Source of the DNA: Yuukianura sp. NJ FZ-2021
Lineage: Eukaryota
DNA: 64,000 nucleotides
Reading direction: 5' to 3'
Assembly: GCA_046563655.1 (NCBI GenBank)
Contig: CM102283.1
Location: forward strand, 3,038,001-3,102,000
A program made the position numbers and the translations under genes. Positions 40,193 to 50,857 of this stretch are shown piece by piece. The notes beneath the pieces are model-generated. The model searched no databases. It had not been told where the DNA came from and worked only from the letters and a program-made list of their open reading frames with translations. Every line of letters begins with the position of its first letter. Position 1 is the stretch's first letter.

Positions 40193-40862
40193 ATGCATAG
40201 CTACGCTCAGGTAACAAAGTTATGCAACTTATGTAAGTTCTTTGGTTTGGTGAGTTGTATTTGTTGCTTATGTAACTGAACTCATATCGCAGTGACCAAG
40301 GTTCGTAAATAAGAAAATAGTTTCTTCTTCAACAGGTTAGGCAATAAGTCAGCTTTTTTTTTAATTGTTTTTCCTCCAAAATTGAAAAAAAATGAAACGA
40401 CATCACGGCAGCTCTCGTTTCCTTGGCGATTTTAGCTCCGATTTATTTTTATTCGTGTAGTTGGATGCAAATTTTTAACTCAAATAAAGTGATCAACAAG
40501 TTCAGAGTAAAATCAGAGTTAAAAAAAAATGTTTGCAGCGACATCTTTGGAAAATGGGACTTTTTGCCTAACCTGTTAAATATAACTATTTCGTTGCTAT
40601 AAGAACCTTGGCAGTTACATTTGACCTTGACCTTTGTTGACCTCAGGTTGCATTGGCAGTGATGTTGATTGGTGCAGTGCCGTTCATTCTCTGGAACATT
40701 CCAATGCCGACGCTTAGTGGACACTGGGCAAATCTCCCCTGGATGAAATTTTCTGTCATTTCGGTTTGGTTCTCCGTGTTGTTGCTATTCGGCAATCTCT
40801 TCCTCTTGAATCACGTCCAAAACCTCACTCATCAAATTCACCAGCTTCGTCGACAACGATAA
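40193..40862 (+). CDS. Small two-TM orphan protein, paralog C (exons 40193-40210, 40647-40862; 77 aa)
   Basis: MHSYAQ|VALAVMLIGAVPFILW...LPWMKFSVI...LLLFGNLFLL...QIHQLRRQR*. The LPW motif is shared with paralog A. Confidence 0.55.
40270..40620. mobile_element. Palindromic MITE-like element, copy 2 (intron 1 of paralog C)
   Basis: Nested inverted repeats atgtaactg/cagttacat, ccaaggttc/gaaccttgg and aacaggttaggcaa (40331-40344)/ttgcctaacctgtt (40564-40577). Confidence 0.7.
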
Positions 40863-41400
40863 AAATCATTACAAGTTTCAAAATTTTGAAAATTTTTCAA
40901 GAAAACTTCCAGACTTGTCATTTTTTAGTGATTTTGTTCCTTGAGACCCAAAAAAAACCTCAACCTCCTGAATTCCCATTTTCTGAAAATTCCCTCCTTC
41001 ATTTTTGTATTGTTAACATTTTTCAAAAAAAAGTTTTGGGGTCCCTTCAAGGCCCTTTTTCTTAGGACCCCTTAAGTGCCTTGTCCAAATTCTTGTCTCA
41101 AATAAAAGTATAAGGATTTGTCCTCAATTTTTGAAATTTTTTGAAATCTAAGAATTTGATGTTCAAGTTTGCTCTTGGAAAATTTCCTTGAACCTTACCC
41201 TCACAAGAGTCAAGTTTTGAATGTTTCGCACATGGCTGGTGGATCTTGCAGCAGAGATAATCAGTTTTATCCGACTTTTAGTGTGACCTTTGACCTTTCA
41301 CTTTTTACGTCAAGTTGTGTGCCTTAGAGCTTAGCTTTTCCACATCCTGGTGCACATTTGACTTTTGAGCGCGTGTTAGTTGTGGTTGAGAGGCTGCGGA

Positions 41401-43934
41401 ATGCAGTTGAGTGCGTTCAATGGAACTCGCTTGGGCAGCGTCATTCAGACGATTTTGTACATCGCTGGAGTGCCTGGATTGTTCAATAGCCAAAGTCAGG
41501 ATGGCCAAGTGACGAAGACGGAAGCGGGACGTCATGGACTCGAAATCGAAGCGATTCTGGAAGGTTGGCCCATAAAAATTTGTAAAATTATAAATTTTGG
41601 ACTAATTTTTTGAAATTTTGAAATTTGGAACTTACTGTTTCGTTTTTGTCAGATCCTACGAATATTCGGTGTTACGGAATCCTGGGTTGTGTGAGGGCCA
41701 AGTATCCAGAACAGCGTGGGTTTCACTTGTTTCCGGAACCGCTGAAACTAATTAAACCCAATATTTGTCTGCATACTTACAAAAACCGAACGTGTCAACC
41801 GGTCGAACCGGAAACGGTGCCGACATTAAGTGTTTCTACTGGAGACAAGTCGTATTGGATCACTCATGGGTACATTGACACGGGTCACAAGCCATGGACA
41901 CAAGTACAAAGAGGCATTTTTTGCATTTTCAAAATTTTGAGTTTTTTATAAATATTTTTTAGAATTGTTTTTTTCTTGAAATTTTGATAGAAAATGGCTG
42001 ATGAGTTGCTGGAGAACGACCACAGTTGCAATGTTTACATCATAGACTGGGGGAGAGGGGCGGAGCCTCCGTACTCCCAAGCAGCCGTCAATGTCGAAAT
42101 ACTTGGAGCATATGTTGGGCATATCATGATCCTAATCCAAGTAAAGCATAACATATTAAAATATCATAAAAATATATTAATATATAATATAATTTGAACC
42201 TACGATAGGGTAGTCATGGCCGACCAATCAGAGAAACGCATTTCATTGGTCACAGCCTTGGGGCCCACTTCGGCGGATTCGTCGGGAGTTGGCTAACCGA
42301 ACGCGGGTTTCGACTTGGCCGGATTTCCGGTAAGCATTTCAAAAATTCCGTTTTTCAAAATTCTGAACAAAAGGAAAGTTTCAAAAACTCTTTCTAAAAC
42401 TTTTGTATTTGAAAATTTTAATTTAAAAACTTACAGGACTTGATCCAGCACAACCCTATTTTCAAGAATTCAACGCTGACGTTAAACTGGATCCCACTGA
42501 CGCTATCTTCGTCGACGTAATTCACACTGACGCTAAACCTCTGTTAGCTGGCGGTTGGTTTTCGTTATTTCAAAAAAAGTTCAAAAATTCAAAACATTTT
42601 TCTAAAAAAAATTCATGACCTTTGACCTCCAGGAAGTTTGAGCGGATTGGGCACGCAGGAAGCTTCAGGCCATGTTGATTTTTATCCAAACAGCGGAAAG
42701 GAGCAACCGGGCTGCAAAGATGGCGTCTACCAAGCCATTTTGCAGGAGAAAGGATCTCTGCTCTACGGTAACCTTAAATTAAACTCAATTAAATTAAGTT
42801 TAAATTCAATTAGTTTAATTGAAATTCAATTAAATTAACGCTTCATGAGTTCCTTTCCATACAGGACTCCGTCGCTTCATTAGCTGCGACCACATTCGTT
42901 CCTACGAAATTTTCACAGAGTCGATTCGTAGTCCCTGCCGCTTCCAGAGCTTCGCATGTGTCAACTGGGAAGCTTTTGTGACCGGGTCTTGTACGCCTCA
43001 CTGCCAAAACGACTCCACATACGAACAGTAAGCTAAGAAAAAAGTTAGGTTAACATTAATTTTTGAAAAAACGTTAGGCTAACCCTAATTTTTGAAAAAA
43101 AAAGTTAGGCTAACCTTAATTTTTTCGAAATTTCAGTTGTAACCGAATGGGATTTCATGCTCGAAAGCCCGCCAGCACCTTGAACGGAGTAATTGAAGCG
43201 GGAGATGAAAAAAATGTGACGCTTTCTTCTCCGTCTCCTTCCAGACTCTACTTTTCCATTACTGGAAGTCGCTTTCCATACTGTCGTGCGTGAAAAAAAT
43301 GAAAAGTTGATTGAAATGTTTCGGATTATAAATTTTTTGAAAAAAAAAAATTTTTTTTTAAACTTACTGAATTTTATGGTTCACTGGATTTTGTATTGTG
43401 CAGGAGAGCATTACCGTGTCACGCTTGACTTGGGATCAACGAAATCCGGTTTCAGAACAAATTCAGACTTGAATTTGCTTCTTCTAGGACAAGACGGAGT
43501 TCTGGACAAGTTCAGACTTGAAGCAAGGTATGAAGTTAATAAATCTGAAAATGTTTCAAAAAAAATCAAAATTTTTTACAAAAATTTACTTTTTTGAATG
43601 TAGAGACTTACGTGACTCGGTTTCGTTTCAATACGTTGTTCCTGGTCATGGGTTTGGTGGGACCGTGGACAAGATGATTCTGAAACCCACGGTGAGCAAC
43701 GCTTTGTGGTGGCTTGTAAACAAAGTAGTGCGGAATCCAGAAATCCAAGTTACTTCAATTTCATTGCGTAACTTAGAAAGTAATCGGCAGTTTTTGTTGT
43801 GTCCCGCCGGTCCGCCGTTTCTGCGCATGTCAGAAGAAAACAACAATGTGTTTCTGACGACCTCTGCATGTTCTGGTTCCTTGTCCAAGTCCAATGCAGG
43901 CCCAGTTTTCACAACAATCACTCCACAACATTAG
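41401..43934 (+). CDS. Pancreatic lipase-related protein (lipase domain + PLAT-like C-terminus), multi-exon
   Basis: ITHGY, NVYIIDW, HFIGHSLGAH (Ser), GLDPAQP (Asp), VDVIHTD, GHVDFYPN..QPGC and CDHIRSY (His). The start codon is tentative. Confidence 0.9.
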
Positions 43935-44158
43935 TTAGAAACCAGAATTAGTTTTTAACTGAAGTGTGTCTCCAATTCCACTTTAACTTTTAAGTTAAAG
44001 TGAAATTGGAGTAACGGGACACTGGCATGGTCCATCTCACATGAGTTAAACTGTTAAAATGCTTATTTATTCTGAGAGTTAAAATGTTGAAACTCATTTT
44101 TCATAATTTAAATTAAATGACAATTAAAAGACTGGCTCTTTTTATAACTAATTACTGA

Positions 44159-45747
44159 TTACCCAAATCGACTAGAAGAAGTAAAGGATTTTCCAAACGA
44201 ATGAAAAATTGTAGCACTTTTGGTGTATTTTCCCCAGCTGCCTAAAGGAACCACTGTCAAAAAAACAATTAATTGATTTGATTAATCGCTAATTGATTAA
44301 TTTGTATTTCTTGAATTAATTGGTCTCTTACCTATTGCTGTACTGTTATCTTCTGATGAGTATTGCAGTGCCTGTTTAACAAAAAAGTAGAAGAAACGTT
44401 AGTCTTTTTGATTACTGAAATGATCATTTTAATTCAACGCTATATCGTTGATTACCGTATCGGTGAGAAGGTGAGCAGACTCCGTAGGATCCTCAGCTTG
44501 TTTCACGGCGTCTACGATTTCTTGATCAGTCTGTCAGTAGTATTAGAGTAAATTTCAAATTCAATGTTTTCAGTTTTGCAAAAGCGTTTCCAAAACGTTT
44601 CGTTTCCCAAAATTCAAAAGCTACGTATGAATTGCTTACCATTACAGAGTTGATTCCGTCAGTTGTGAGCACCAGAAAAGCATCTCTCGAGTGGCTGATT
44701 CGAGTAGTTCGAACTTCCGGATGGGCAGTAACTCCGTATTTTTTAAATTCTAAGTCTCCTATACTACGGGTCATGGCTAATCGTCCATTTACACGATGAT
44801 TAATTATCTTCCCACCAGATTGTTCTATTCTTATCTGAAACCAAAGTAAAGTTAAACGTTGTACTGCTAATCATAATTGATTTCAATTAACTTTACCTTT
44901 TCAGTCAAGAGGTCTGGAATATGATCAGTAGTGAGTTTCCTGGCATCACCACCCCTACAAAGAATAGCTCGACTGTCACCTACATGCGCAATTAAAAGCT
45001 GCATGCTATTATGTATAAGACACACCGTGGCTGTCGTTCCGGGACTCACCAAGTCCAGTTCATTACCTAACAAAATGCAACAAATTCGTATACGTTTTCA
45101 TTTCCATCAAACGTCTACATTAATTAACTGATTTGATATCAACTAACTTACCCCGACCCTCGCATGTAAACCAACGGGAGTAGGCATTATTGAGCTCCAG
45201 AATAGATTTGTGAAGGATCGCCAGTAAATCGGGTTTGCCTTCAGGGTGGTACGACTCCAGCCAGTACGAGAGGTGATGGTGCAGGTTTTCTGAAATACAC
45301 AAATGATCAACATCGTTAGTAATTGCTTGCAAGTTGGACATTCTTACTAATTACTTGGTATGATTACTGCAAGTCACCTGAGCAAAACTTGGAGCAAGCG
45401 TCACCACCATGTCCGTCGAACAGGCCGATGTAAAGTAATCCGGGCAAAAGTTCCTTGACTTTGGTGAAGTCCTCTTGGTATTGTCTCTTGCCCTTGACAC
45501 TGCTCACTCCGATACTTCCAGGAACTATTTTGGGTATAGGTTTTCCATGAGTAATTGAGGCATCCACTAGTAAAGGCATATCTGTAGTGGAATCCCATGC
45601 TCCAAAGCCATCAATATCTTTAGACGATGATTCTCTTGCAGGAGAGTAGAAAGGAAAGTTACTTGAATACAAAAGGCGAGTGAGAATGTGTCTTACGCGA
45701 TGATTGTTAATTGATGTAGAACGTGTCAAGGCAAACAGTTTGTTCAT
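44159..45747 (-). CDS. PPM1K: Mitochondrial PP2C phosphatase PPM1K-like
   Basis: Transit-like N-terminus, FGAWDSTTDMPLL..SITHGKPIPKI, FDGHGG, GTTATV, AHVGDSRAIL, MTRSIGD, LTTDG, and end VPLGSWGKY...SSRFG*. Confidence 0.9.
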
Positions 45748-46476
45748 TGCTGTCTTATGAACACTTTACGGAGCTTATCTAATAGTTACCGGTATGACCT
45801 GGGTCAACCTAGCGAATGTCGTTAGTGATTGTCCAGTTACATCTCTGTTGAAAGTCTCTCCTTCTTCTGATGTTGACGTATGTATCAAGAACTGGGCAAT
45901 TCTGGATTAAGGTTAGTTGAGTACTACTTGAATTCACCTGAAAAATACAGAAAAGAATACAGACGACAGACGAAGAGATCATACGATCAGATGTTGACAT
46001 TTGGCAGATTTCCTTACAAATTAAATCCCAATTCAATTGGGCCAATTGCGTAATAATAACAAAAAGTAAACCGCCGTAGAAAAGTATCGAGTGCAGGCAC
46101 ATAAAATAACCACAATACAATTACTTTGCCAATTTTAGAGTTTACCGTTATGCTGTATAGTTAATCTCATGTCGCATTCAATTAAAAAAAATTGAATGAC
46201 CTTGGTGACATATGTCACCTGATTATTTTTCGGATATTCGTATGACAGACGTACAGACGGACGCCCCGTTTCTATTAACTTGCCTTAGGTAGCAAATTGT
46301 CCTAAAAGACACACACGTTCACTATACATCACCCTGTAGTTCTGATATGGGCAACTCGCATTTCATAAAAAAAATTCAATAAACACTGCTTCTCATTTTG
46401 ATTCAATGAAATTATTAAAAAAAATTAGTTTAGAAAATTGTAATTAGTAAAATAAAGAATTAATCATATAATAACG

Positions 46477-46492
46477 GTTGCTATGTAGTAAC
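46477..46492. promoter_or_regulatory. X-box-like element GTTGCT-ATGT-AGTAAC upstream of calaxin
   Basis: RFX half-sites about 150 bp upstream of the ATG of a ciliary gene. The spacer is longer than consensus. Confidence 0.4.
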
Positions 46493-46638
46493 TAAGAGAG
46501 CGAGATACAAACATGTACACAAAATCTATCGAAATGCATATTTACCTTATATAAGTTTTAGAATAATTTTTTTTGTAGATTTGTCCAAGTATTTCAAAAT
46601 TTCGATTATTATTTTTTCAAAATTTAATTTGTTCAAAA

Positions 46639-47820
46639 ATGACATCAGCTAGACTACGTCAAATGAGCTTGGATGCAGGCGCAATGTCGAAGAACAGCCA
46701 TCTCGTGTCGGTAGCCGACCAATACAGCTCCAAAACGCATTTCACTACGGAAGAAGCAAGTACCAAATTTTGTAAAGTTCAATATAAAAATTGAAATTTT
46801 TCGACTTTTTTGAAATTTTGAAATTTTTAAAAAAATTTCAGTGTCGTTCTCTGTTGGTGATGTTTGGCAACATGGCTCCCAGCGGAAAAATGGATCGAGT
46901 GGCCCTTCGAGAGTTCATGACCGGATCATTCGACATTACTGACGACATCATGCTCGATTTTATATATCGCGCCTTTGACAAGAACGGCAAAGGCGGAGTA
47001 AGATAACATTATCTGAGGTAATACGAGGTCAATGACCTCGTTGACCTTTGACCTTTTAGGTAGACGAGAACGAGTTTATGCTTGGGCTGTCTGAAATCCT
47101 TCGCGGAAGTATCGACGAACAGATCCATTTTTGTTACAACTGTTTTGATGTCAATGGAGATGGTTCTCTTGTTCGTGAAGAACTACATCATTGTCTTCGT
47201 GGGTGCGTAGGCAAGCGATAAAAGTATCTCCAAGATATCTCGATAATAGTATCTTAGAAAATATCTTGATGAGATCGAAATAATGGTTGATTGAAAATTT
47301 TTAGTCCAATATGGTCGGTTCGTAATACTTTTGGGCCAAAGTAGCGCCAAGATATCTCGATAAAAGTATCTTAGAAAATATCTTGAAATTGAGATAACCA
47401 TGGTCGCTTTAAGTTTATTTTTAGTACAGATATCTTCCCTTTGTGATACTTTACGCCGAGATATATTCTGTGAAGATATTTTATCGAGGATAATGACTTT
47501 TACATTGCAGATGTATCGTGCCGGGATATGGAGTTGACCTGGAGGATATCGAGGACGCTGAAAAAGAGATAGTTCACATGCTGATGAGGAAGTTGGATGT
47601 CAATGGTGACGGCGTCGTGACGAAAGACGACTTCGAATTGGCCGTCCAATCAGACGCTCTGCTTCTGCAAGGCATCGGTCCTTGTCTGCCCGATTCCAAT
47701 GCAATGGCCGCCTTTCTCTCAATGTTTACCGAAAACTACCGAAGTTATGCTCCGGTCTGGAACTTCCCGACTTTGGCCAAAAACCGATCCAAGACACTCG
47801 GGTTCAACCAATCCCGCTAA
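46639..47820 (+). CDS. EFCAB1: Calaxin / EFCAB1-like EF-hand protein (exons 46639-46755, 46842-46998, 47059-47202, 47511-47820)
   Basis: HFTTEECRSL, FDITDDIMLDFIYRAFDKNG, GLSEILRGSIDEQIHFCYNCFDVNGDG, LDVNGDGVVTKDDF and LLLQGIGPCLPD match calaxin-type motifs. Confidence 0.85.
47215..47490. repeat. GATATC-rich duplicated unit (caagatatctcgataa.agtatcttagaaaatatcttga x2) in calaxin intron 3
   Basis: Near-identical units at about 47231 and about 47347; related sequence near 51120. Confidence 0.65.
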
Positions 47821-47965
47821 AACCGCCAAATTCAAACATTCTTAAACCAAAGTTCAGCCAAAACTTCAAAAGATAAACCCAAAATTTCCCAAATTCAAAA
47901 AATAAAATCAAGATTCCGCCAAATTCAAAAAATAAAACAAAAATTCTGCGAAATTCAAAAACCAC
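47821..47965. repeat. Degenerate tandem repeat of about 30 bp (..CCAAATTCAAAAAATAAAA..) after the calaxin stop
   Basis: Four to five degenerate copies are visible. Confidence 0.6.
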
Positions 47966-48985
47966 AAACTTGTATCAACTGATAAAATGATTGATTAGCA
48001 CTCAGCCCTTCCTTAAGGCTTATTGCAATTTTGAATTAATTGTATAAAATTAATTAAATTAGTTAACTTTTAATTAACTTTGGTCGAATCACAACCTTGT
48101 TTAGGGTTACATGCTACCGCTAAAGAATCAAATTTCAAACCGTGTCCCACTTTCCCACAAAATTACTTTTACTTTTCTGACGACGACGGTGGAAGTCCAG
48201 GCGTGTCGGTGTCACTTTTAAGTTGAAAATTCAATTTAAACTGAGATTTCGGTCGTTTCCTTGATGGATTTTCTAAATTAACAATAGAATTCAATTACTC
48301 TGATTAACTAACGTTAAGGGCACCTAGAGTATACTTTTCATTTACAACTTACGACCTCTAGGAAAGCGACAAGTGGATTACAAATAGAACTGCCCTTAGC
48401 ACTTCCCTTTTTTAATTGAATTGGACAATTTTCAACAAGTTTTTATCTTCTTCAAAAAAAAAAAGCTGAAAACATTTTTTTCTAAACTGCCTCTGTTTCC
48501 TAACGTCTCAATTTTTTCAATCATTTCATCTTCCGTTCACTTCAAACCTAAAACGCCAGCTTTCGAAAAAAAAGGATTTAAAAAGAAAACTTTTGGCCCC
48601 ATTTTTTTTTTGAAAACCTTGAACGTTGTTGAAAAACTTTCTTTTTTTTAACTTAATAAGGTACGTGGAGAGGAAGATTTTGATTTGTCTGTTGAGAAAG
48701 TGGAGAATTGGACTTTCTCTAGGCAATGGGGCTGGTTGGGGAGTTGGAATGTTCAAACGTATTTGAACAAAAGTTCATGAGTCCAAATTCCACCGGTTTC
48801 AGTTCAGTTGAGCCAAATCTGTTCTAAAAAGTTGGTCTAAAAACGTGTGTTTGAACAACATTCCAGCCTCAGAAACTTGGTCAACTGAAGCTCAAAATAG
48901 CCGTGAGCGGAGATTGACTTACGGAACGTTTTTGGCCAATTTTTGAAAAACGGAATCCATGCTGTCTAATATGTTCGTCCATGAA

Positions 48986-49075
48986 ACCTGTCCATCAGTT
49001 TCCGTCCTTGAGCATACCTGTCCATCAGTTTCCGTCCTTGAGCCTACCCGTCCATAAGTTTCCGTCCATGACTGT
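48986..49075. repeat. Tandem repeat, 3 x 30 bp (ACCTGTCCATCAGTTTCCGTCCTTGAGCAT)
   Basis: Three adjacent near-identical units. Confidence 0.9.
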
Positions 49076-49638
49076 CCTGGAATTGTCCAATTTAAGTCAA
49101 AATGTTGTCCAGGAATGGATCCCATCGGAACAGCTTTACTTTTTCTGTTTCGGGATTTTTATGTAAGCTCCCTTCATCCCTCGTACGTCATTGGTTTGCG
49201 ACCAAATAACTTCTAGGGCGAGCGCCAAAATTTGAAACCAAAAAACGAAAGTTTTTGATGAGGACACCATTCATCCCTGCGGATCAACCAATTTGACCTC
49301 TGACCTCCACCTTATGAAAGTCATAATTCACTCACACCCACGGAGGGGCGGACCATGTATTGGTTTTGAATTTTTGAATTATGGCGCGTCAACTCCACCC
49401 CCTCACAATTTCGTGCATCAGATACAAATTTTGGTCCTAATTTTCAGATTTTCGAAAAGTTGCGCCAATCCCTCCGGATTTGAAATTTCATCGCTTCTCA
49501 GAAGTCTAAAAAGTTTTACCTTTGACCTCAAATTATACTTCAAAGCAAAGTCATTCACTTTCAAACAAGTTAGAAAGCAAACATATACAGGCTGAAGATG
49601 TCTAAAAGTTAAAATAGCCTTGATTATATAAGTATAAA

Positions 49639-49730
49639 GGCGAAGTTTCAAATTTCAACGCCTCAATGGCGCGTAGTTTCAAATTTCACAGATTTCAATG
49701 GCGCGAAGTTTCAAATTTCAGGATTTCAAT
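49639..49730. repeat. Tandem repeat, about 3 x 30-32 bp (GGCGCGAAGTTTCAAATTTCA...)
   Basis: Three adjacent degenerate units. Confidence 0.75.
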
Positions 49731-50794
49731 TAATATACTGTCCTACTCTGTTCAAATAAACTGCTTCAAGATCTGCAGTCAAAATTTGTTGATTTTTGGT
49801 TTCTTTTTTTACAGAAAAGGAAAAAGTGGAGGTAAAATTCAAATTGTAAGGAAAGGTTAACACGAAACTGAAAGTGTTCCACTTTTTTGCAACTTTTGTG
49901 TAAAATGTCAAATAACGTTAGGAACTTTTATTTACAGTATGTAATGCGGGTCGTGCCATAGTCGTTTATAGTCGTGATATTAAAGAGAAACGACACCACT
50001 GCGGTGGCAAAAGTAGTTGACATAGATTGACAATGTCAACAACTCTGTTCTGCTCCATTTTCACGCTTCTTGTAAACAGATTACGTTTTTTTCACTTTTT
50101 GGTAGAATCTGCGCATGTGCTTGTTTACATGACAGTTGATAACGTAACCAGTCTGACCTTAAAGCCTACCGAACCCTACACAAAACTATGATCGAAGTCA
50201 ACCATTTCAAAAAAAAATTCAAAAAATTTTGTGCGGGAAAGTGCAGCATAATTTGAAACACCCGGTATAAAACTACGGAGAAAAAAAAACTTTCCTGTTT
50301 TAGTTTTCACTTTAGTTCACATTTTTAAACCTTTCTTAATTTTATTCTTCCACTAATTTATGAATTATACTGAACAGGGTGAGAATTGACCAAATTAAAA
50401 AAAATCAACTCCGATTTAAAAAAAAATTTTAGAACATTTTTTGAAAGATTTTGTTTTCTTTTTTTGAAATTTCCGGGCAGCTTTCTCCTTTCCTCTGGCC
50501 CAATTTGAAAGCCTTTTCTATTTTGAGAGCTTTGCGTCAACAACTCCTAATTATTCTGTTTCGTTTTCTGGTGTTCTGAAGCACTTCTATAGTAGGCCCC
50601 TTTACATAACTTGTTGAGTGAAGAATGAATTAGTAAGGACCCCTTTGGCCAAAGGGCCCTCACCATTTTCAACACTAAACGCCTTCAAAACTGACTAGAA
50701 TTTTAAAAAAGACGGTAAATTCAAATAAGGGCTTTAGAACCTTCACTTCTATTCAAATCAACAAGTTCCTGGACAAAATCCCACCAAGGGCTCA

Positions 50795-50857
50795 TGGTCC
50801 CTGTAGGCTTTGAACCCAAGGACTCTCTTCGCATGCTAAGTTTTTACGCCACTCGCC
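50795..50857 (-). other. tRNA-derived fragment (SINE head or tRNA pseudogene)
   Basis: The minus strand reads GGCGAGTGGCGTAA...GGGTTCAAAGCCTACAGGGACCA, with A-box- and B-box-like motifs and a terminal CCA. No complete cloverleaf. Confidence 0.4.

Noticed and set aside
50795-50857. Functional tRNA gene
   Set aside because: I could not form acceptor and anticodon stems; kept only as a tRNA-derived fragment.
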